Positions 23,926 to 33,047 of a DNA stretch of 64,000 nucleotides are shown here, in pieces. A model generated the notes under the pieces. The model was not told the DNA's origin. It saw only the letters and a program-made list of their open reading frames with translations, and made no database searches. How positions within the stretch are numbered: the stretch's first letter is position 1; every line of letters starts with the position of its first letter. The translations under genes and the position numbers were made by a program. Source of the DNA: Felis catus (lineage: Eukaryota); NCBI RefSeq assembly GCF_018350175.1, contig NC_058368.1, positions 70,434,001-70,498,000 of the forward strand, in the 5' to 3' direction.

Positions 23926-25704
23926 AAAATATTTCACGTATATAAGAATATTTTTAATATTTTAAAAATCAGGCTAGATTTGTACACTTTGGGAAAGCTA
24001 TAGAATCACTGAGTGCATTAGCCATACACAGAAACTGGTCCTGGTGACTTAAACGCAATAAGCAGAGTTGTTGCAGGTGGCCTGGCATTTTGAATTGGTG
24101 AACAACTCTTAAGTACGTTTCAAATAACAATCAAAGCAGTAAATAGTTGCATTACTGGAAAGCTCTGCCAAGCACATGTTTACATGTAAAATGGAACTGG
24201 TTCTAGATTCACATAAATACAAATAGACTTTTACCTGCATAAGAAGCATAAGTTGGAGAGTGAAAAAGAGGATAAAAAAGGGGTGCCTGGGCGGCTCAGT
24301 TGGTTAGGTGTCCGACTCTTGATTTCGGCTCAGGCCATGATCTCAGGATTCGTGAGTTCAAGCCCTGCGTTGGGCTCTGCACTGATAGCATGGAGTCTGC
24401 TGTTCTCTCTCTCTCTCTCTCTCTCTGCCCCTCCCCCAAGCACACATGTTCTCTCTCTCTCAAAATAAATAAACATTAAAAAAATAGGTTGGGGGGGGGT
24501 GCCTGGGTGGCTCAGTCAGTTAAGCTTCCTACTTCTACTCAGGTCATGATCTCATGTTTCGTGGGTTCAAGCCCTGCATTGGGCTCTGTGCTGACAGCTC
24601 GGAGCCTGGAGCCAGCTTTGGATTCTGTGTCCCCTGCTTGTACTCTGTCTTTCTCTCTCTCCCTCTCAAAAATAAACATTAAAATTATTTTAAAAAATAC
24701 ATTAGGAAGGAGAACAAGTATTTTTGTTTTTGTTTTTGTTTTTGGTAAAAGGATTGCGTCTGGCATTTACTGGACCCCGTGCAGTATTGGAGGTTGTCAT
24801 TGTGACAAACAAAAATACACTTAACGGATTCCCAAAAGGCTCCTTGCTCAGTAAACATCTATTAAGAACATTATTAAATCAGTAAAAAGATGTAACTACA
24901 CTTTAAAAAGCTTCCAGACCTATTTTTTCATAAATATTAGTTTCATAGATATCATATGCTGAAAATGCACTTAAAACACTTAAAGGCTGCTTTGTCCAAG
25001 GATTGACTGTCAACTCTAGGCATTATCTACTGATTCCTCCAAAAGGTTGCTGACTAGAATCCCTGGGAATTTGGAAAGGGGGTCCTCAGCCAGAATATGG
25101 AAATAGGATGTGGCTTACAAACTTAATGCACTGTAGCCATCAACTGATCAAAATTTGGTACTTTGAAGTTCGTGGTTCTTATTTTGGTTGTTGTTATTGG
25201 CCCCCTCTGCTGCTTATTAATCTTTAGGAAAAATTCTTTCTAGCTCTGTTCTATGAGAAGAACATTGTGTTAAAGGCAAGTTGAAATATACAGGAAAGGC
25301 ACACATCAGTGATGTTTGGTCAACAGCCTTCCCCCAGGACTCCCCCTGGAGATTTGCTTTCTAATGCTAAACGCTTAGAGATGCTGTGTTTTATTTTATG
25401 AAAGGAAGACAATGCCTTCACACCAAGAGACTCAAAATGGGGAGAATACAACATTTAGTAAAACACCTCCCCGGCCTGCTAGGGGCTTACTCTTTCAAGC
25501 GTATCACTACTACCCCAGTGTAGAAAGCTGATTTAGCAAGACATAGCAAGGCAAATGATGATTGCTAGTAATTGACAGAATTAGTTCTCCATAATACAAA
25601 CTAGAGAAGTGACAAGGTGGAAATATAGGCAAGGACATTAGAAATGATATACACTGAGTGATCTGAGACTGCGTGATAAAGGTTGGTTAAATCACACTAA
25701 CATA

Positions 25705-25909
25705 GGAATTTTCAACTTTGCGCAATGGACATTTGGGGCAGGAGAATTCTTCATTGTGGGAGGCGGTCCTTCGCATTGTTTAGCAGCTTCCCATCTGCCC
25801 ATTAGATGCCAGTAGTGGCCCCCTCTCATGACTGTAACACCAAAAATGTCTCCAAGTATTGGCAAGCGTCCTCTGGGGGATAAATATCACCCCTTGTTGA
25901 GAATCACTG
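25705..25909. mobile_element. MER20 (hAT-Charlie MITE), followed by a MER5-like fragment to ~26050
   Basis: gacatttggggcaggagaattcttcattgtgggagg...attagatgccagtag...aaaaatgtctcca...gttgagaatcactg. Confidence 0.75.
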
Positions 25910-26264
25910 CACTTGTGCTTCTCAGACTTCTCAGCAGCTGAGGGTCTTGTTAAATGCTGCTTTAATAAGTCTGGGGGTAGGGCCTGGCACTCTTTAGTCC
26001 AAACAAGATCCCAGCTGAAGTCAATGCTGCCCATACAAGGACAGTGCTTGCTTCTTGGAGGATAAACCTACAGCTTTCAATATGTACAGGTTCAGAATGT
26101 AGAGTACATGTGCAAAGTATGGATCTTTGAAAATACTCTCAATCAAGGTCTGTGTACCATGTTAAGTTATTGTGCATTTAGTTAAGAATGTTGAAAAACT
26201 GAACATAAATAGGAGAAAGGTTTTGTCTTTTTTTTTAAACTTCAGAGTGTTTTATCTCCTATTT

Positions 26265-26560
26265 CAGCAGTTCTCAAACCTTTTGATCTTGATCCTGAAA
26301 TCTCTTCAGAACTCTCAAAGATAATGCAAAAGCTTTTGCTAACATGGGTTTATATTTATCAGTACTTACCATTTTAGAAATTAACTAAGAAACAGAAAAA
26401 TGTAAAACTGTTTGAAATTGGGGGCACTAGGTGGCTCAGTTGGTTAAGCGTCCGACTTCAGCTCAGGTCATGATCTCACGGTTTGTGGGTTTGAGCCCTG
26501 CACAGGCTCTGTGCTGACAGCTTGGAGTCTGGAGCCTGCTTCGGATTCTGTGTCTCCCTC

Positions 26561-26591
<31 letters not shown>

Positions 26592-28059
26592 GCCCCTCCC
26601 CTGCTCTCTCTCTCTCTCTCAAAAATAAATATTTAAAAAATTATAAAAAAATAAAACAAACTAATTTTAAAATAATAGTAACGTATCCATTGCACGTAAC
26701 ATAACTAATGTATTTTTATGAAAAATGACTGCACTTTCTCAAGCAAAAAATTATGGGGAAGAATAACGTTATTGCACATTTTTGCCAATGTCTGCTGTTT
26801 GGCTTTATAGAAGACAGCTGGAGCCTCATGTCTGCTTCTGCTTACAGTTTGTTGTGATACACGGTTTAGGTTGAAATATATGAAGAGAATGTGGCCTCAC
26901 ACAGCTTTGCAGTTGGAAAAGGAAGCATTTTAATAGTCGTTTCAGATCATTTGTGCTTTTTTTGATACTACAGCACAACTTAAATGGTAGTTTCTTTATT
27001 TAATGTTTATTTGAGAGAGAGGGAGCATGAACAGGGGAGGGGCAGAGAAGGGAGAATCCCAAGCAGGCTCCATGCCCAGCACAGAGCTGACACCGGACTT
27101 GATTCCATAACTGTGAGATCATGACCTGAGCCAAAATAAAGAGTTGGATGCTTGACTGACTGAGCCACTCAGGCACCCTTTAAATGGTAGTATGATAGGG
27201 AAAGATAGGATTCAGTAAGCAGAAAGGGAGAGGCTAAGGCTTGAAGGTTCCTGGCTGGGGAACATTCATATTTTACAACATTTTTTCTGGGAACATCCGG
27301 CCTTGAGCAAGCTCCCTCAGGCATAAAGTTCCTCTTAAGAATGTGACAAAAGGCCCGACTAAAAATAAGTAGACCATAAAACCTATGACCCACAAGGAAC
27401 AGTATGGTCATAGACCACCCTTGGTACAGTGGAAATTAACCAATCAAAAAGGAATGACAGGCATTTAGAATCACCTAGCTAGTAAGGGTAGAACCTGAGA
27501 AGAAACAAGAAGGGAAGGGGCTCACCAAAACCCTATAAAACAGTCCCTTGTGTATAGTCCGCAGGTATTCACTTTTGAATGACCCCTCTCTGTAAAGAGA
27601 GCTTTCATACTATTCTTACTTTCAGATCTTATACTTTAATCAACTTTTGCCTGCTGCTCATTTTATTTTGTGTCCACCTCTTCATTCTTCAAAGTGGCAA
27701 GACAACAAATCTTGGATATTGAGGTAAAAAAAATTCTGCAACAGTAGTTTCTTAAAAGATTATTGGCAATGAGAAATCTGAAACCCTATCAATGAACTCT
27801 TTGTACTGTTTCACTAAAATTTACTGGTTTATCTTGAAGCTTGAATTGCATAATTGTAACACGATGCATTGATCAACTGGAAAATATTGGTTCACTAAGT
27901 TATGCAGCCCTTCCAAATGCATGGTGGCAAATTCCAGTACTTCTGAGTGAGTAAGAGTTTAAAAAAAGGGTCTTAACATCATCCCGAAAACAGTTTTGGC
28001 CTTCTGGATTCCCTAAATTGGGGTGGGGGGAGTCGCCACACCTACTTTGAGAAGCATTC
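26265..28059 (-). mobile_element. Charlie1-type (hAT-Charlie) non-autonomous DNA transposon with nested insertions
   Basis: Termini cagcagttctcaaa (26265) and tttgagaagcattc (~28046-28059). Subterminal sequences match the recalled Charlie1/MER64 consensus ends. Interrupted by two SINEs and a solo LTR. Confidence 0.75.
27193..27743 (+). mobile_element. Solo endogenous retroviral LTR (551 bp)
   Basis: TG...CA termini, flanked by gtagta (27187-27192) / gtagtt (27744-27749). CCAAT at 27440, TATAAAA at 27534-27540, degenerate polyA signal AATCAA at 27638. Confidence 0.85.
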
Positions 28060-28700
28060 AGCTATGTTGGCTATCAGTTTTGTTGCCAGCTAGCAGCTTC
28101 TGCAAAACTTAAAGGGCCTTTACAGTATCATTTTATTGCAAAATAATTCAATTAGATGAATCTGAAGTGAAATGTAAAATCTATTTCAAGACTGTAAACA
28201 AACTTAAAGAAAAGCCTAAGGAAAATAAGTCACTTCTACTTTTGCCTTCTAGCAATAAATCAGTGTTAATATTTTGAGCCACTGGCACCTCTCAAGCACT
28301 CAAAAAGTATTTTCTTTTTCTTATTTTTTCAAAATGTTTATTTGTGAGAGGGAGAGCATGAGTAGGGAAGAGGCAGAGAGAGAGGGACAGAGGATCTGAA
28401 GCGAGCTCTGCACTGTCCGCACAGAGCTGGATGCAGGGCTTGAACTCACAAACCGTGCGAGGAGGCTCAACCACACAGACGTCCCCAAAAAGTATTTTCT
28501 TTTTAAAGTCTGCCATGCAGTTTTTCAGCCTTTTTCATTTAGCATTGTAGTTGGTCAATTTCTCCATAATACATATTCTTTAATAACTACAGAATATAAA
28601 ATTATACAGAATATAAGTTATACAGAATATAAAAGTTTTCAGGCTCAAACTCATTTAAAAAAAAACATGACTTTGCTTTAGCAAAGATTAATTTCATTTT

Positions 28701-28702
<2 letters not shown>

Positions 28703-28738
<36 letters not shown>
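28703..28738. repeat. A36 homopolymer
   Basis: Uninterrupted A run immediately upstream of the CpG island. Confidence 0.93.
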
Positions 28739-28740
<2 letters not shown>

Positions 28741-28789
28741 AATGGCCCATGTCTGAGAAGGACGCCAAAGCAGAAGTTTAGGGAGCAAG

Positions 28790-29960
28790 GTCGTTCAGCC
28801 ATAGACTCGTCAGTCCCAGGATCCTCGTCACCGGCCGGCGCGGTGTGGTAGGGTGTTATCTGGGGACCACGACACTCCGCGCCTTTTCAGGGGATTCCGC
28901 GCAGGATCGACGTAGGAAAGGGAGGACCCTAGGCAGCGTTGCTCCCCGCGACCCAGCGGCCTCCAGCACTTGGCTGGACACCGGAACTCGAGACATTTAT
29001 TGTCTACAGTCCTCACGGGAGCGAACTTCAAGGGGGGACAGCGGGGGGAAGGCGGGGGGGGGGGGGGCTGTCCGGAAAGACTGAGCATGCGTGGAACGCG
29101 CCGGGCGTCCCGTCCGTGGAGAGGTTAGAGGTCGCGAGGAATATCCCGACGCCGGCACTCTGGAGGAATCCGCTGCCACGCGGCTCTACCGGGCGTGGGG
29201 CGGCGCTGAGTATTTTAGTGCAGCTTCCAGGAGTTACACTCTTCCCGTTTATTCCCATTCCTTTTCTAAAGGGGGCCCGCGGCAGTCGGAAAACCCGGAC
29301 ACACGGATCGCCCCAGCTGCGGACCGACTTCCCTTCCCAGGCAGGAAGGGAGGGGGCGGGAGAAGCAGTGCGCCCCACGGGCCGCGCATGCGCCGCTCAC
29401 AGGCAGCCCCTGGAGTGGAATCCAGTTGCCAGATTCGCCGCCACGCCAGGAGTGCGCCTGCGTTGTCGCCGGGTCCCTCCACCTCCACTTCCCCTCCCCC
29501 TGTCCCCCCGCGGGGCTCCGGGTCCGGCGGGACCATGTTCACCAGCACCGGCTCCAGTGGGCTTTGTGAGTACCGGCTGCCGCTTTCATGGCTGTTCCCT
29601 ACGCGCCACCCTAGGCACCTCCTTGAGAAGCCTCGGGGCAGCGGGGACCCTCGGGGTTGCTGGAGGTTTGGGGGCCGACCCTTCATCCCCGCGCCCGAAC
29701 CTTAGTGGTTCCTGCCCGTGAGGGGCAGCGGGCACCGCCCCCACCTCAGACTGGAGGTGCGAGTGGGGACTGAGTTCCGCCGTCAGCCCCGGTCCCCATC
29801 TATGAACCCCAGGTGCGATGCTCAGGTGTCCAGGGGCTGCCGCAGGTGGGCTGGACGGTTAGGGTCGGGCTGGGAGTCCTGAAGTGTTCCAGGCTCGACC
29901 CGTTGGCGCTCGTCGGCGCCTGTGCCAGAAGAGGCTTGCCCTGGTGGAATCGATGCTGGA
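28790..29960. promoter_or_regulatory. CpG island / TATA-less promoter of UBAC2
   Basis: Abrupt GC- and CpG-rich segment in AT-rich surroundings, spanning exon 1. Contains a GC box (gggggcggg 29352-29360), a perfect NRF1 palindrome GCGCATGCGC (29384-29393), an NRF1-like TGCGCCTGCG (29453-29462) and ETS-like CCGGAA cores (28981, 29072). Confidence 0.92.
29535..29565 (+). CDS. UBAC2: UBAC2 coding exon 1 (MFTSTGSSGL + 1 nt)
   Basis: ATG at 29535 in good Kozak context (ggaccATGt) inside a CpG island. Encodes MFTSTGSSGL, the recalled N-terminus of mammalian UBAC2. Followed by donor T|gtgagt; phase 1 joins exon 2 to give TAT (Tyr). Confidence 0.96.
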
Positions 29961-32834
29961 AGACTGCTCCCTTCCCAGTCACCTTGCTCCATTTGGGCTA
30001 CAGAGGGACCGAACTGGCTCTCCCCCAGATGCAAATTCCAGCCTCCGTCTCAGGAGCTGACTCCTCAGGTTTACTTAGGTTTCTTTCTAACTCGGTGTCC
30101 CTTAAGAGTTTGTAGACAAATAAAAACTGATGAAAGTCCATTAAAGTGGAAGGAAGTTAAGAAGTCATTTGGCAGGAAGGCGCGGACATTGCTCCTGGAT
30201 GTTGCTGTGATCTTTTCCTTGAACGTCAGCGGTGGCCAGCAGAGAGAGGGCAATGGAGTATATGCAACCTTTTAGACAACTTTATTTTTTTTTCACTGAA
30301 ATTGTTTAGTTGGCTTTTGGTGAGGTGGGCTGTGTGTTAAGTAAACAGCCTAGGATTAGGCACTGGCACATCAACAGTGAACTGTTCAACAGGCATAATT
30401 TTGCGATTGCTTGTCACTGTTAGTACTTCATATCTCTCTACATGTGAGCTTAATCTTGCCAGAGTATGGGAGCAGTTGACCTTTCCAAAGCTTAAAGATC
30501 TGTTTTGATTGTTGGAAATCTTTTCTGAGAATACAGGTCTCCGTCTGAGAGTATCAGAGCCACAGGCCTAATTTAAAACCTTCCTCACTTCCCAACTTCT
30601 GGTTTTGGAGTAGATTGAATATTTATGACTTCCCTTTTTTTAAAAAAATGTTTATTTATTTATTTATTTATTTTGAGAGAGAGAGAGCACGCACATAGGG
30701 GAGGGGCAGAGAGAGGAAGAGAATCCCAAGCAGGCTCCGTGCTGTCAGCGCAGAGCCGATGTGGGGCTTGATCTGAAGAACTGTGAAATCATGACCTGAG
30801 CCGAAATCAAGAGTCGGATGCTCGATTAACTGAGCATCCAGGCACCCCTGATTTCCTTTGTTTCATAATTAATTTGACTTACGATACTCATTGGCCTCAG
30901 AGTAGGTTACAAGTACTGGCTAGTTAATCATCCCCAAACTACCCTTTGGTTAAAGAACATGAGATTGTTGACACTGCTGGTCAAGAAGGTGGTGTGATTT
31001 TTCTTGGGATCACACAGTGAGCCATACACTGGTGGATGTAAAATCAATGATAGAATCTTTAATTTTAGTTGTTTCAACATTCCGAGCCATCCTTTCTTGC
31101 TGACCAGAATACATGAAAAAGTTAGAAAGGTCATTGTACTGTATTACTGGGTTACTGATTACTGTCACTGGTTACTATACTGTATTAGCCATTGTATTGG
31201 CAAAGTTTATTCAGATTTGATACACGGTGACAATGGAGAAGGTAATACTTGATTACCTATGGCACAGGGTTGATGAGTACTGAATTCTAGGAACCAAACT
31301 CCTGCTCAGGGAGAGGCATAGGCCAAGACTTCTCAGCTGTCCTGCGCTGTTTCTAAAATAAGTGTGTCCTCAGGGTAAGACTTGATGGGATGGCCATTCC
31401 TCAGAAGGCTATGTCTTCTGTGCTCATTTAACAAACATTTTGACCATCTATTGTGGGCTGGAAACTGCTAGGTGCTGGGATTGCAATGTTGAACAAGTCT
31501 AGGTCCCTGTTTGCAGTGGAGTTTGGGCAGTTTTTCCAAGGACTGGTTTTTGGCAAGGCTGGGTATCAGTAGTTATCTACTTTAACATTTTTCTTTGCAA
31601 GGCTACCCGCTGACAGGGAATTGATTTCATCTAGGTAAGTTGTGTGGCTCTTTGGTAAGTCAAAGTTCTGATCTTGAGTAAGTATCCTGAGGAAGAATAA
31701 TCTGCCCATGACCCCATGGATGATGAGTAACATTCTCTTTTCAAAGGAAAAGTACCTGCCATTTCCTATCACCTGCATATTTCCCTCATTTTGTGACTAG
31801 TAGATAATGGTGATTTAGTGCTGCATTTGCTTTCCTCTCATTTATTTATTCAGCAGTATCTGTTGGGTACCCATGTAAGCCACACACTGTTTGTGTACAG
31901 AGGATAGAGTAGTAAACAGGATCAAGTAAGTTAACGATGTGATTTCACATAGTGATAAGTGTCATGAAGAAAATACGAGTGTAATAGATTGAGGTTATGG
32001 TGGATGACTGCTTTAGCAAGTGTGGTGTGGGAGGATATCTGGGAGGGTGACTTTGAGAGGAGACCCAAATGGTATGAAGGAGCCAGCCATGTCAGAATTT
32101 ATTGAAAAATGTGCATTTTGCAAAAAGGGAAGAGCAAACGCAAAGACGGAACCAGGCACAGCTGGGCATTTTCAAGGTGCTGAAGAATGCTGGTGCTGCC
32201 AGGGCAGGGCGTTTGTGACTCTGTCTTTGAATTAGAGGATTGACGGTTATGGCTGCACTGAGCAGTTTAAGAGGGGTGTGGTGAAATCACCCACCTGACG
32301 AGAGAGAGAAGAGGAGGCCCTGGGGAAGAAGGTGGAGGAATGGCTAAGGCTCCTCCTGTTCAGGTACACAGATAGGCATGACTGATAGGGCAAAGTCCGG
32401 AGACGCGGAAGGAGGTGATGGTCTAGAGCACCACTTGTGAATGCTTCATGTTGCTGTGGGAGGGAAGATGGGAGATTATTGTTGGTGATGGGAGCAGTGT
32501 TTTCTAGATGTTGCCTGAGGCCTGGCTGCAAAAAAATCAACATCGAGCTTTCTGAATGTCCATAGTCCTGGGTCTCATCCACAGAGAGATTGAGAAAGGC
32601 CAGTGTGGGCATCAGAAATCTGAATTTTCAAAGTTATCCCCAGGAGATTCTAGTGGACAAAGAGATTTAGATCAAAATGAAAGGGTGGCCAGCAGAAGGG
32701 CAGAGAAAATAGAGTCCAGTGGGAAATGCTGAAGGCCCAGGTCAGGTGGTAGCGGTAAGAATGAATACGACAGTGAAGAAAGGTTCTAAAGATGTGTGAT
32801 TAAATGGATTGTGTCATTAAAACTTGTTAGATTT

Positions 32835-33047
32835 GGGGCGCCTGGGTGGCGCAGTCGGTTAAGCGTCCGACTTCAGCCAGGTCACGATCTCGCGGTCCGT
32901 GAGTTCGAGCCCCGCGTCAGGCTCTGGGCTGATGGCTCAGAGCCTGGAGCCTGTTTCCGATTCTGTGTCTCCCTCTCTCTCTGCCCCTCCCCCGTTCATG
33001 CTCGGTCTCTCTCTGTCCCAAAAATAAATAAACGTTGAAAAAAAAAA
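32835..33047 (+). mobile_element. Young feline Can-SINE (SINEC_Fc type) in UBAC2 intron 1
   Basis: CpG-intact head ggggcgcctgggtggcgcagtcggttaagcgtccgac. Perfect 16-bp TSD aaaacttgttagattt at 32819-32834 and 33048-33063. Confidence 0.93.

Larger units (their letters stand above)
925..28486. mobile_element. Dispersed Can-SINEs upstream of UBAC2 (~28 copies; coordinates span the set)
   Basis: Approximate copies. Plus: 1906-2126, 4644-4850, 10544-10704, 13619-13830, 14426-14625, 17674-17867, 19163-19355, 19726-19930, 20341-20553, 21967-22245, 24280-24485, 24494-24697, 26420-26655. Minus: 925-1150, 1716-1855, 6925-7044, 8000-8219, 11636-11840, 11843-12061, 12610-12800, 13180-13590 (nested pair), 15667-15788, 18780-18960, 22419-22640, 26997-27178, 28310-28486. 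Recognised by the ggggcgcctgggtggctcagtcggttaag-type head (where retained), CT-rich body and A tail. Confidence 0.9.

Noticed and set aside
28939..29721. 260-aa ORF and other overlapping ORFs in the CpG island
   Set aside because: Non-ATG start, low-complexity Pro/Gly/Arg/Ala composition and no recognisable domain. Long ORFs are expected by chance in GC-rich DNA. Only 29535-29565 is supported as coding.
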